From assembly GCA_004297305.1 (NCBI GenBank), contig SCTR01000002.1, forward strand, positions 79,440 to 143,439: a DNA stretch of 64,000 nucleotides, in the 5' to 3' direction. Positions 17,829 through 30,459 of the stretch are shown one piece after another (position 1 is the stretch's first letter; each line of letters begins with the position of its first letter). The position numbers and the translations under genes were made by a program. The notes beneath the pieces were generated by a model. The model was not told the DNA's origin. It did not search any database and worked only from the letters and a program-made list of their open reading frames with translations. The stretch comes from Actinomycetota bacterium. GTDB lineage: Bacteria > Actinomycetota > Actinomycetes > S36-B12 > FW305-bin1.

Positions 17829-17926
17829 GCGCGCAGCGTACGACGCCGACCCGCGAGGCGTCGACCCGGCCGGCGCCCGGTGTCGTCAGGCGCGGTCACC
17901 GCGCCCGGGCGGGGAGCCGACGGCGG

Positions 17927-19864
<1,938 letters not shown>

Positions 19865-19935
19865 GATGGCGCGAGTCTACGTTCGTCGGCGCCGCGGACC
19901 GGGGAGCCGCGACGTGCCGGATCCGCGGCCGTTGC

Positions 19936-20943
<1,008 letters not shown>

Positions 20944-20947
<4 letters not shown>

Positions 20948-22101
20948 GCCCGTACTCCTGCGGGGGTGAAGCGCAACGGATCGGTGGCCGCCGCGTCGTC
21001 CGGCAAGGTCCCGTCGAGGATCCAGCCGGCCACGGCGTCGGCGGTGGTGGGGGACTGCAGGATCCCGTTGCGGCCGTGCCCGGTCGCCAGGACCAGACCC
21101 GGACCGGCCGGGCCGACGAGCGGCACGTGGTCGGGGGTGACCGGACGCAGTCCCGCGCGCGCCTCGACCAGCTGCAGTTCGCCGACGACCGGCAGCACCG
21201 CCCGGGCGTCCCGCAGCAGCTGAAAGACCCCGCCGGCGGACACCGTCACGTCCTGGCCCCGCTCGTCGGTCGTCGCGCCGACGACGACCTCGCCGTCGGC
21301 TCGGGGGACCAGGTACACCGGGTAGCCGTGGACCAGGGCCCGCAGGGTGTGCGTCAGTACCGGCCCGCTGCTGCCGGTGGTCGCCAGTCGCAGGATCTCG
21401 CCGCGGACGGCGCGGACGGGCACGACGACGTCGCGGAGTCCCGGCAGCCCGGCTGCCGCGACGCCGGTGGCCACCACCGTGGTGTCGGCGTACAGCTCCG
21501 CTCCAGTCACCAGCCGTACTCCGGTCACGCCCCGCGGCGAGGACAGCACGGTCTCGACCGCCGCCGGCTGCCATCGCACCCCCGCGTCGCGGGCCGCCCG
21601 CTGCAAGGCGGCCAGCAGCAGCCGGTTGTGCACGGAGGTGTCGTGCTGCACGAGCAGGGCCGCGCTGATGCCCGGGGCCACCAACGGCTCCAGCGTCCGG
21701 GCTTCGCGGGTGGTCAGCGACTGGCTGGGGAGGCGGTAGCGGTCGTGCAGTTGCCGTACCCGTCCGAGTTCGGCGCGGTCGTCGTCGTCGACGGCGACGA
21801 CGAGCGTGCCGTCGGTGCGGTAGCCGACCGGCAGGCCGCTGGCCGCTTCGACCGCGGGCGCCCAGCTGGCCCAGCGGGCCGCGGACCGAACGGCCAGGTC
21901 CAGGCCTCGCTCGTCACCGATGTGGTGCTCGGTGACCGCGGCCAGCATCCCGGCACCGACGTACGAGGTGCCCTGGCCCGGCGCGGGATCCACCACGGTG
22001 ACTTCCGCGCCGCCGCGGGCCAGCAGCCAGGCGCACGACAGGCCGATCACACCGCCGCCGACGACCAGGACGTCGGCGGATCCGGCGTCGTCGCGGAACA
22101 C
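20944..22101 (-). CDS. thiO: Glycine oxidase ThiO
   Basis: FAD motif DVLVVGGGVIGLSCA and a C-terminal HGRNGIL. GTG 22101 is preceded by GGGAG, which lies in the 3' end of the TPP riboswitch. Confidence 0.88.
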
Positions 22102-22192
22102 GACGCTCCCTTCGCCGGCATGACCCGGATCAGGTTCGACGGTCAGGGGCGCCAGCCCCTCTCTCAGCCCACTCGGGTGGGCTCCCGTGGTC
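22102..22192 (-). promoter_or_regulatory. TPP (THI-box) riboswitch controlling thiO-thiS-thiG
   Basis: The minus-strand RNA ACGGGAGCCCACCCGAGUGGGCUGAGAGAGGGGCUGGCGCCCCUGACCGUCGAACCUGAUCCGGGUCAUGCCGGCGAAGGGAGCG contains the conserved CUGAGA and ACCUGAUCNGGNUNAUGCCNGCGNAGGGA cores. Confidence 0.85.
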
Positions 22193-22222
22193 GCATCAGG
22201 GTACGCCGGGCAGGATGACCGG

Positions 22223-22897
22223 GTGCCCGGCCCCCGCGATCGCGACGAACGGGCCGCCCGACTGGCCGACAGCGTGCTGTACCTGTGCACCGACGCCCGG
22301 CAGGCCACCGGCGACCTGCCCGAATTCCTCGACGCCGTGCTGGCCGGGGGCGTCGACATCGTGCAACTGCGGCAGAAGGGCATGGAGGCCCGCGACGAGC
22401 TCGCCGCCCTGGCCACGGTCACGGCGGCGTGTTCCCGGCACCAGGCGCTGGTCGCGGTCAACGACCGCGCCGACCTGGCCGTCGCGGCCGCTGCCGACGT
22501 GCTGCACCTCGGTCAGGACGACCTGCCGGTGCCGGTGGCACGCCGGATCGTGGGGGAGGCGATGCTCGTCGGGCGGTCGAGCCACGCGTGGCACGAGTCC
22601 GCCGAAGCGCTGCGCGAGCCTGCCGTGGACTACGTCGCGGTGGGCCCGTGCTGGCCGACCCCGACCAAGCCCGGCCGGCCCGCCCCGGGGCTGCCGCTGG
22701 TACGGCAGGTCGCGGCGGCGGATCCGGCGCGGCCCTGGTTCGCCATCGGCGGCGTCGACGAGTCGACGTTGGGGGCGGTCCTGGACGCCGGGGCGCGGCG
22801 GGCCGTCGTCGTCCGCGCCTTGACCGAGGCGGCCGATCCGTACGCGGCGGCCCGCGAGTTGTCCAGCCGGTTGCGCGCCGCGGCCGGCCAGGACTGA
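22223..22897 (+). CDS. thiE: Thiamine-phosphate synthase
   Basis: [16 protein letters not shown] and IGGV motifs. GTG 22223 has AGGA 7 nt upstream. The ORF-track start 22187 would overlap the divergent riboswitch. Confidence 0.88.
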   Translation: MPGPRDRDERAARLADSVLYLCTDARQATGDLPEFLDAVLAGGVDIVQLRQKGMEARDELAALATVTAACSRHQALVAVNDRADLAVAAAADVLHLGQDDLPVPVARRIVGEAMLVGRSSHAWHESAEALREPAVDYVAVGPCWPTPTKPGRPAPGLPLVRQVAAADPARPWFAIGGVDESTLGAVLDAGARRAVVVRALTEAADPYAAARELSSRLRAAAGQD

Positions 22898-22909
22898 CCG
22901 AGCAGCCGG

Positions 22910-23245
22910 ATGCGCGCGACGTACCTGCTCGTGCTGGCCGGGGTGCTCGCCGCGTCGGTGTGGCTGGAGATCGCGTTGCGGACCCGGGTGCTGCAGCGGT
23001 GGCGGCGCCTGCTGCTGGCCGTCGTGCCCGTGGTAGTGGTGTTCGGGGCCTGGGATCTTGCTGCCGTGGCAGCCGGGCACTGGAGTTTCGACGCCGCCCG
23101 CATCGTCGGGATCGTGCTGCCCGGCGGGCTGCCGATCGAGGAAGGGCTGTTCTTCCTCGTCGTCCCGACTGCCGCGATCCTCACGTTCGAGGCTGTCCGG
23201 TCGGTGCGCGGCTGGTCGGTCGGCGACGAGGACGAGTCCCCGTGA
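22910..23245 (+). CDS. crtYc: Lycopene cyclase domain protein (heterodimeric CrtYc-type subunit)
   Basis: 111-aa, 3-TM protein with the PIEE-type motif ([14 protein letters not shown]) typical of lycopene-cyclase domain proteins. Confidence 0.8.
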   Translation: MRATYLLVLAGVLAASVWLEIALRTRVLQRWRRLLLAVVPVVVVFGAWDLAAVAAGHWSFDAARIVGIVLPGGLPIEEGLFFLVVPTAAILTFEAVRSVRGWSVGDEDESP

Positions 23246-23670
23246 CTTACACTGCCGCAGCGGTTATCGCGGTCGTCGCGGTGGCCGCGTTCGACCTCGT
23301 GGTGGCCCGGACGCGGCTGCTGCGGCGGCGGGTGTTCTGGGTGTCGTACGCGATCATCTGCTGTTTCCAGCTGATCGTGAACGGTGTGCTCACCGCGACC
23401 GGGACAGTGCGTTACGACGGCGCCGCCATCGTCGGTTCGACCAGCCCGGCCGGTCAGCGGCCGCCGTTGCTGGGCGACGGCCGGGTGATGTTCGCGCCCG
23501 TCGAGGATCTGCTGTTCGGCTTCGCCTTGATCCTGCTCACGCTGGTGCTCTGGGTTCTCTGGGGCCGTCGCGGTGTGCAGCGCACGCCGTACGCCGGACC
23601 GCCGCGGTCCTGGGTCATCCGGGCGCTGGGCGGGCGACGCGCCCGCCCGGTCAGCGACCGGCGGCGCTGA
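23242..23670 (+). CDS. crtYd: Lycopene cyclase domain protein (CrtYd-type subunit)
   Basis: GTG 23242 overlaps the crtYc stop (GTGA). Hydrophobic 142-aa product with the [15 protein letters not shown] motif. Confidence 0.75.
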   Translation: MTYTAAAVIAVVAVAAFDLVVARTRLLRRRVFWVSYAIICCFQLIVNGVLTATGTVRYDGAAIVGSTSPAGQRPPLLGDGRVMFAPVEDLLFGFALILLTLVLWVLWGRRGVQRTPYAGPPRSWVIRALGGRRARPVSDRRR

Positions 23671-24604
23671 CCGCGGGCTGCGGGCCGGTGCCGAACCGCC
23701 GCCGGGCCAGGACCGCGTGAAGCCAGGCGGGCAGCGCGACGCCGAGCCGCCGCGACATCGGTACGGCTGCCCGGCGGTCGAAGACCTGGTAGTCGGCCGC
23801 TTCGACCGCATCGACGATGCCGCAGTAGAGGATCCGGGCCGCATCGACGCACGGCCGCGACGACGGGTGCAGCATCGCCGCGCCGGGGCGGGCCCGTTCG
23901 GCCAGTGCCCGTACCCGGGCGACCTGGTCGCGCAGCGCGGCCCGCAGTTGCGGGGTCACCTGCCGCCGCTGCAGCATCGCGCGGTCCACGCCGTGCGCGG
24001 CGAGCTCGTCCAGCGGCAGGTACACCCGACCCCGGTCGAGGTCCTCGCCGACGTCGCGGATGAAGTTCGCCAACTGGAACGCCAACCCGAGGTCCATCGC
24101 GTACTCGTAGGCCTCGGGTCGGGTCGGTCCCAGGATCGGGACCAGCTGCAGGCCGATGACCGCGGCCGAGCCGTAGGTGTAGCGGAGCAGGTCCGCGTAC
24201 GTGTCGTACGACGTCACCGTGAGATCCATCGCCATGGATTCCAGGAACGCCTCGAAATGGGACCGCGGCAGCTCCCACCGCACGACGGTGTCCACGACCG
24301 CGCGACGCACGACGTGGTCGGACCAGCCGCGGTCGAGGTCGGCGAAGAACGCGTCGCGCAACCGGGCCAGTCGGGCGGCGCGCTCGGCGACACCGGTGGC
24401 GGGGTGCAGCTCGTCGACGATCTCGTCGGCGTACCGGGCGAAACCGTAGAGCGCGTGGACGTACGGGCGCTTGGCCGGTGGCAGCAGCAGCGTCGCCAGG
24501 TAGTACGTCTTGCCGTGCGCCAGGTGGAGTCGCCGGCACTGCTCGTAGGAGGCCCGCAGGCGGGGCTCGACGATGCCGGCCGCGTCCAACGCTCGGGTAC
24601 TCAC
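23651..24604 (-). CDS. crtB: Phytoene synthase
   Basis: Squalene/phytoene synthase motifs ([44 protein letters not shown]). GTG 24604 has AGGA 8 nt upstream. The 3' end overlaps crtYd convergently by 20 nt. Confidence 0.9.
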   Translation of the reverse strand: MSTRALDAAGIVEPRLRASYEQCRRLHLAHGKTYYLATLLLPPAKRPYVHALYGFARYADEIVDELHPATGVAERAARLARLRDAFFADLDRGWSDHVVRRAVVDTVVRWELPRSHFEAFLESMAMDLTVTSYDTYADLLRYTYGSAAVIGLQLVPILGPTRPEAYEYAMDLGLAFQLANFIRDVGEDLDRGRVYLPLDELAAHGVDRAMLQRRQVTPQLRAALRDQVARVRALAERARPGAAMLHPSSRPCVDAARILYCGIVDAVEAADYQVFDRRAAVPMSRRLGVALPAWLHAVLARRRFGTGPQPAVSAAGR

Positions 24605-24650
24605 CGGGCCGATCCTGCCGCCCGGCCGGCGTTCCTGCAGCAGTGCGACG

Positions 24651-26090
24651 TCAGCGGGAACCGATCGCGTCCGGCTCGTCGGCACCCGCCGGCGCAGCCT
24701 GGCCACTGCGGTCGGTGAGCACGACGCTGGCCTGAGTGGCGCCGGCCTGACTGGTGCTGTCCGCAGTGGCACGGCTGCGGCCCGGCCGTCGCGTGCCGAC
24801 CCAGGCGCGGCCGACGGCGTACCCGACGAGTCCCACCAGGACGAGGTTGCGGACAGCGAGCATCGAGACGCCGAGCGGGTTGGCCCAGTACGGCGTGGTG
24901 AGCCACAGGTAGGTGACCGGATAGATGACCTGGGTGAGGATCCCGAGGCCGAACAGCGCCAGGGTCCACCGCCGCGCCGCCACGTCGTGGCGGCTGCTCA
25001 CCGCGACCAGCGCGACGGCAACCGGGCTGAGCCACAACAGGTACTGCGGGCTGAACACCTTGTTGGTCACGATGAGCAGTCCGATGCCGGCCAGCAGGAA
25101 CCACCCCACGGTGACCGGCGTCAACGCGCGGCCGATCCGCCAGGCCCGGTACGACAGCACCGCCAGCAGCCCGATCGCCCCGAGCATGGCGAGATTGGCC
25201 AGCGCCAGCATCAGCCGGTCGCCGGGTCCGGAGATCTCCATCGACACGTAGTTGCTGAAGTAGGTGTGCCAGCGAGAGGAGTCGGTGACCCAGCCGATCA
25301 TCAGCGGCAGGGCCGGCACCGACTCGATCTGCAGGCCGCGTTCGCTCTGCCAGGTCAACGGCGACAGCGACCGCGTCAGCCCGGCACCGGCGAGGCAGCC
25401 GACGGCGATGACGGCGAGGGTGACCCCGGCGCCGACGAGGACGCGGACCCGGCCGGCCACCCGGGCAGCCAGCATCGGCACCAGGATGATCGGCCAGAGC
25501 TTCAGACCGGCTCCGACCACCACCAGGGCCCCGGACCACGCCGGCCGGCGCAGCAGGACCAGCAGGGCGGCGCCGACCAGGACGCCGGTCAGCAGGTCGA
25601 AGCGAGTGATCGCCAGTGGCCCGAGCGCCGGACCTGCCAGCAGCCACAACGTGACCGCGGTGGACTGCCGTCGTCCCGCACTGCGGAACAACAGGATCGT
25701 GAAGGCGGCGTCGACGGCGAACATGAACGCGATGAACAGGACCAGGTAGACGTTCTCGCTGCCGAACGACACCAGCCACGGCGGTGTCAGCACACCGAGC
25801 ACCGGCAGCGGATACTCGCGCAGCGTCAGTTCCAGCGAGCCGCCCTCGACCATGCCCGCGACATTGCGGGCGTAGTAGAGGACGTCGTTGATGATCGTCT
25901 GCTGTGTGCCGATGAGCAGGCCGAGGACCAGCAGCCGGGTCAGCACCCACTCCAGGGCCACTCGCCGACCCTCGTGGCGGGGGAGCAGTCGCGACGTGAG
26001 CACCCGCTGGGCGCCGTCCCAGGTGCGGTCCAGGGCGACCAGCGTGACGCGACCGCCGGCAGTCCTACGGGGCGCTTCGGCGTCAAGCAC
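24651..26090 (-). CDS. Polytopic GT-C glycosyltransferase (GT87/DUF2029-like, Rv2181-type mannosyltransferase candidate)
   Basis: 479-aa multi-TM protein. The start overlaps the upstream gene by 8 nt. Family assigned by overall architecture and neighbourhood, from memory. Confidence 0.65.
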   Translation of the reverse strand: MLDAEAPRRTAGGRVTLVALDRTWDGAQRVLTSRLLPRHEGRRVALEWVLTRLLVLGLLIGTQQTIINDVLYYARNVAGMVEGGSLELTLREYPLPVLGVLTPPWLVSFGSENVYLVLFIAFMFAVDAAFTILLFRSAGRRQSTAVTLWLLAGPALGPLAITRFDLLTGVLVGAALLVLLRRPAWSGALVVVGAGLKLWPIILVPMLAARVAGRVRVLVGAGVTLAVIAVGCLAGAGLTRSLSPLTWQSERGLQIESVPALPLMIGWVTDSSRWHTYFSNYVSMEISGPGDRLMLALANLAMLGAIGLLAVLSYRAWRIGRALTPVTVGWFLLAGIGLLIVTNKVFSPQYLLWLSPVAVALVAVSSRHDVAARRWTLALFGLGILTQVIYPVTYLWLTTPYWANPLGVSMLAVRNLVLVGLVGYAVGRAWVGTRRPGRSRATADSTSQAGATQASVVLTDRSGQAAPAGADEPDAIGSR

Positions 26091-27642
26091 TGCGGATCAC
26101 CAATCGCTGCTGTCGGGCCTGGGCGGGACGGTCTTCCGGGAGCAGGCCCGCGGCGAACGACTCGCCGAGGATCAAGGCGCGTTCCCGTGGGCTGGCGAGC
26201 ACGACGAGGATGACCACGACGACGGCGGCCACGATCGAGACACCGTCGGAGAGGTCGAGCAGGGAGTCGGCGGTGGCGCTGGTCTCGGCGATACCGAAGA
26301 TCACGAAACAGGCGGTCAGCGCGATCGTGGCGCGCAGCTCGCGGGGCCGTAGGCCCGATGCGGCGAACAGCGGCAGCGCCCACAGCAGATACCACGGCTG
26401 CAGCGCGGGACCCAGCAGGGCGACCGTCAGCAGGGCCAGCGCCGCGCCCCGTACCGCCGTACGACCGGCGGGGCGTACCGCGAGGCGGACCAGGATCACC
26501 ACCGCGGCGGCGATCCCCAGCAGCCGGACGACGGTCACCGCGCCGTCGTTGGTCTCGGTCAGGCCGATCGTGGACAGCAGGTCGCCGCCGAGCATGCCGA
26601 GGCTGGTCGACGGCGACAGCCAGGTGCGCACGCTGCCGGGCGTGGTGAGCGCGCCGATCCAGCCCAGGCCGACGCCGGCCACGAGCATCAGGCCGGCGAA
26701 GACCCCGGTGGACACGGCCACCGTCTTGGCCCAGGCGAGTATCCGGTGCCGCCACGACGCTCGCGTGCCGGCCCACAGCAGGCCGACGAAGGGCAGCGCG
26801 ATCAGCGCGATCGGCTTGACCGCAGCGGCACAGGTCACCAGGACGACGCCGGCCGGAGCGCGGCCCTCCGCGGCCAGCGCGAGACCCGCGACGAGCAGCG
26901 CGACCATGAGTGCGTCGTTGTGCGCCCCGGCCACGAAATGCATGATCACCAACGGGTTGAGCACGCCCAGCCACAGTGCCTTGCCCGGATCGATACCGCC
27001 GGCGAAGGCCAGCCGCGGCAGGTAGTAGGCCAGCAGCGCGACGCCGGCGACGGCCACCAGCCGGAACACCAGCCCGCCGAGGTAGGCGTCGTCGCCGACG
27101 AACCGGGCTACGCCCCGTTCGACGAGCAGGAAGGCCGGCCCGTACGGCGTCGGGGCCTCGCCCCACATCGGGTCGACGCCGTCGCTGAACCACCCCGGGA
27201 CCTGCGCGACGCCGGCGCTGTACGGGTCCAGGCCGCCGACCATGAGCTTGCCCTGCACGTAGTACGAGTAGACGTCACGGCTGAACAGCGGCGGTACCAG
27301 GACCAGCGGGGCGCACCAGGCGGCGAGCACCGCGGTGAGCCGGCGTACATCCTGCCGGGGGCCGGTCAGCAGGTCGTAGCCGACGACCAGCCAGGACTGC
27401 AGCAGCATCGCGACGCCGACCACGACCATCACCCGCGACAGCAGCGTCCCGGGTCCGGAGGTGCGCAGGACGTCGACGGCGGGGTTGTCGACCAGGTCGG
27501 TCGTCAGCGGCAGCCAGCCCACCCCGAATGCGCCGACGGCGATCAGGCACGTGGCGAGCATCCCGGGCAGGGCGTACCGCAGCAGGAAGGACAGCCACGG
27601 CTCGTCGAGGGCCGGTTCGTCAGGACGCGCGGCCGGCTGCAC
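26083..27642 (-). CDS. Polyprenol-phosphate-mannose-dependent alpha-(1-6)-mannosyltransferase family protein (MptA/MptB-like GT-C)
   Basis: 519-aa polytopic protein with the SRDVYSYYVQG loop motif characteristic of MptA/MptB-type enzymes. Confidence 0.7.
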   Translation of the reverse strand: MQPAARPDEPALDEPWLSFLLRYALPGMLATCLIAVGAFGVGWLPLTTDLVDNPAVDVLRTSGPGTLLSRVMVVVGVAMLLQSWLVVGYDLLTGPRQDVRRLTAVLAAWCAPLVLVPPLFSRDVYSYYVQGKLMVGGLDPYSAGVAQVPGWFSDGVDPMWGEAPTPYGPAFLLVERGVARFVGDDAYLGGLVFRLVAVAGVALLAYYLPRLAFAGGIDPGKALWLGVLNPLVIMHFVAGAHNDALMVALLVAGLALAAEGRAPAGVVLVTCAAAVKPIALIALPFVGLLWAGTRASWRHRILAWAKTVAVSTGVFAGLMLVAGVGLGWIGALTTPGSVRTWLSPSTSLGMLGGDLLSTIGLTETNDGAVTVVRLLGIAAAVVILVRLAVRPAGRTAVRGAALALLTVALLGPALQPWYLLWALPLFAASGLRPRELRATIALTACFVIFGIAETSATADSLLDLSDGVSIVAAVVVVILVVLASPRERALILGESFAAGLLPEDRPAQARQQRLVIRSA

Positions 27643-27720
27643 GAGCGGATCCTACCTTCGCGACCGCGTCCCGGCTCTGTCTCGGTTGTGTCTCATGTCA
27701 CGAGGCGTCGCAGTGTCACG

Positions 27721-29295
27721 TCAGCGCGTGACGGGTGGTGCCGGCTCCTCGACCGCACGTGGCCGGGCGCGCAGCGGTGACCGCGCGCTAGCTCGGCGGG
27801 GCCGGGGGCGGGAACCGACCACCCCGCTCGGGCCGATGATGCGTTCGGCGGCCAGCCGGCCGCTGATGACCACCATCGGCACCCCCACCCCGGGGACGGT
27901 GCCGGATCCGGCCAGCACGACGTTGTCGCCCCACAGGTTCGGTGGCCGGAACGGGCCGGTCTGCCAGAACGTGTGGGCCGCGGCGAACGGCGTACCCCGC
28001 TCGAAACCCTGCCGTTCCCAGTCCCACGGCGTCACGGTCCGCTCGACGTCGATGGCGTCGCCGAACCCGACATAGCCGCGGGCCTCCAGCACGGCGAGCA
28101 ACTCCTCGCGGTAGCGGGGTCCGGTTGCCGCCCAGTCGATGTCGGCATCGAGGTTGGGGGCCGGTGCCAGCACGTAGTAGATCTGGTGCCCGGCGGGGGC
28201 CAGGGCCGGATCCGACCGGGTCGGATTGCTCACCAGGAAACTCGGGTCCGCCATCAGCCGGCCGCGCTTGATGACGTCGTCGAAGACGCCGCGCCACTGG
28301 CGGCCGAAATGAAGATTGTGGTGCGCGGTCCGGGAGTACGTCGCGGTCGATCCGGCCAGCAGCAGGACACACGACGGGGAGTAGCGCAGCCGGCGGACCC
28401 GGGCAGGGGTGTGGCCGAGCAGATCGCGGTAGGCCACCGGCAGGTCGGCGTTGAGGACGATCACGTCCAGCGGCACGCGCTCACCGGCCGCGGTGTGGAC
28501 GGCGACCGCGCGGCCGGAGCGGCTCTCGACGCGGACGACCTCGGTGTCGTACCGGATGTCGACGCCGTGGCGAGTGGCCGCGGCGGCCATCGCCTCGCCC
28601 ACCGCGTGCATGCCGCCGACCGGGAAGTACACGCCGGCCACCGAGTCCATGTAGGCGATGACCGCGTACAGCGCGGCCGCGTCGTACGGCGACAGCCCGG
28701 CGTACATCGACTGGAACGACATGATCCGTTGGGTGCGTGGATCTTTCAGGTACTGCGCGACCTTGCCGGCCAGCCGGCGGAAGCCGCCCGCGGCGACCAG
28801 CGGTGCCAGCTGCGGACGCAGCAGGTCCCAGGGCGAGTCGACGTTGCGGTCGATGAACGCGTCCATCTCCAGGCGGTACAGCCGGTGCAGGAAGGCCACG
28901 TAGCGGCGGTAGCCGGCTGCCTCGTCCGGGCTGATGACGGTCGCCACCTGCTCGGCCATCGCGTCGAGGTCGGTATAGACGTCCAGCTGCGTGCCGTCGG
29001 CGAAGAATGCCCGGTAGAGCGGATCCACCGGCCGAAGGTCCAGCCAGTCGGTCAGTTCCTCACCGACACAGGCGAAAGCGTCGGCGATGAGGTCGGGCAT
29101 GGTCAGCACGGTGGGCCCGGTGTCGATGCGATAGCCGCCCGGCGCCCACAGCCCGGCGCGTCCCCCCGGGACGCTGCTGCGTTCCAGTACCGTCACCTGC
29201 CGGCCGGCCCCGGCCAGCCGCAGTGCCGCCGACAGGCCGCCGAGTCCCGCGCCGACGATGACGACCCGGTCGGTCGGGCCGGTGACCGTGCGCAT
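27721..29295 (-). CDS. crtI: Phytoene desaturase
   Basis: N-terminal FAD fold VVIVGAGLGGLSAALRLAGAG..VLE, and a C-terminal CrtI signature (VVLAGSGTVPGVGVPMVVISG). Confidence 0.9.
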   Translation of the reverse strand: MRTVTGPTDRVVIVGAGLGGLSAALRLAGAGRQVTVLERSSVPGGRAGLWAPGGYRIDTGPTVLTMPDLIADAFACVGEELTDWLDLRPVDPLYRAFFADGTQLDVYTDLDAMAEQVATVISPDEAAGYRRYVAFLHRLYRLEMDAFIDRNVDSPWDLLRPQLAPLVAAGGFRRLAGKVAQYLKDPRTQRIMSFQSMYAGLSPYDAAALYAVIAYMDSVAGVYFPVGGMHAVGEAMAAAATRHGVDIRYDTEVVRVESRSGRAVAVHTAAGERVPLDVIVLNADLPVAYRDLLGHTPARVRRLRYSPSCVLLLAGSTATYSRTAHHNLHFGRQWRGVFDDVIKRGRLMADPSFLVSNPTRSDPALAPAGHQIYYVLAPAPNLDADIDWAATGPRYREELLAVLEARGYVGFGDAIDVERTVTPWDWERQGFERGTPFAAAHTFWQTGPFRPPNLWGDNVVLAGSGTVPGVGVPMVVISGRLAAERIIGPSGVVGSRPRPRRASARSPLRARPRAVEEPAPPVTR

Positions 29296-29301
29296 CGGCA
29301 G

Positions 29302-30363
29302 TCAGCCCACGCGGACCGTGGCGACGGCCGCCAGTTCCCGCAGCGCAGCCGCGGATTCGGCTGCGACAGGACCGGTCTCGAGCGCGGCAACGGCGCGGTC
29401 GGCGAGCTGGGCGATCCGCCGCTCGACCAGGTCGAGCGCCCCGGTCGCGACGATCAGCTCGCGCGCGCTGTCGACGCCGGCGTCGGACAGGCCGGGATCC
29501 CCGAGCAACTGCTGCAGCCGGCTGGCCTGCCGGGCGTCGGCGGCGGCCAGCGCGAAGGCCACCAGCATCGTCTGCTTGCCCTCGCGCAGGTCGTCACCGG
29601 CCGGCTTGCCGGTCCGTTGCGGATCTCCGAACACGCCGAGGACGTCGTCGCGCAGTTGGAACGCCTCGCCCAGCGGCAAGCCGTACTCGCTGTACGCGGT
29701 CAGCAGGGCAGCCGAACCGCCGGCCAGCGCCGCGCCGAGGTGCAGCGGCCGTTCCACCGTGTACTTCGCGGTCTTGAATCGCATCACCCGCGACGCGCCT
29801 TCGACCGTCGCGGTACAGCGAGCCTGTTCGAGCAGGTCGAGGTACTGGCCGGCCATGAGCTCGGTCCGCATCGTGTCGTAGACCCGCTTGGCCGCAGCGA
29901 GTCGGGCGCCAGGCAGGCCGCAGCCGAGCAGGACCTCGTCGGCCCACGACAAACACAGGTCACCCAACAGGATCGCCGCGCCCACGCCGAACCGGTCGGC
30001 GGATCCCTGCCAGGCCTGCCGGTCGTGCAATGCGGCGAATCGGCGGTGGGCGGCCGGCTGTCCCCGGCGGGTGTCGGAGCCGTCCATCACGTCGTCGTGC
30101 AGCAGGGCGCACGCGTGCAGCAGTTCCAGGGACGCCGCTGCGGCCACGACCTGGTCACAGTCCGGCTGCCCGGCGCCGCGCCAGCCCCAGTAGCAGAAGG
30201 CCGGTCGCAGCCGTTTGCCGCCGGCCAGCAGGTCGCGCAGGGCGGCGAGCAGGGGAAGCAGATCAGGGGAGATCTCGCCGAGAGCAGGCAGGTGGGCCGC
30301 CAAGACGCCGTCGAGATGCTGTTGCACCCGGACCCGCAGGTCAGCGGCATCAAGGGAACTCAC
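29302..30363 (-). CDS. idsA: Polyprenyl (geranylgeranyl) diphosphate synthase
   Basis: FARM LLHDDVMD and SARM QLRDDVLG. GTG 30363 is 7 nt after TACCCT (plus-strand coordinates 30371-30376). The alternative ATG 30432 would overlap the metF leader. Confidence 0.85.
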   Translation of the reverse strand: MSSLDAADLRVRVQQHLDGVLAAHLPALGEISPDLLPLLAALRDLLAGGKRLRPAFCYWGWRGAGQPDCDQVVAAAASLELLHACALLHDDVMDGSDTRRGQPAAHRRFAALHDRQAWQGSADRFGVGAAILLGDLCLSWADEVLLGCGLPGARLAAAKRVYDTMRTELMAGQYLDLLEQARCTATVEGASRVMRFKTAKYTVERPLHLGAALAGGSAALLTAYSEYGLPLGEAFQLRDDVLGVFGDPQRTGKPAGDDLREGKQTMLVAFALAAADARQASRLQQLLGDPGLSDAGVDSARELIVATGALDLVERRIAQLADRAVAALETGPVAAESAAALRELAAVATVRVG

Positions 30364-30459
30364 AGGGGCGAGGGTACGGCTGTACCGGTCAGCCGCCACC
30401 GGAGCACCTATCCTGCTCGCGTGCCCTCCCATCAGCCGCCGCAGCCGAGGGTTCGTGAC

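Noticed and set aside
27973-30459. The upstream 830 codons of the 1117-aa plus-strand ORF that ends as metF.
   Set aside because: Only the last 288 codons (from GTG 30460, with an SD) are MetF-like. The rest is antisense to crtI and idsA and reads as low-complexity sequence. It is an open frame by GC bias, not a fusion protein.
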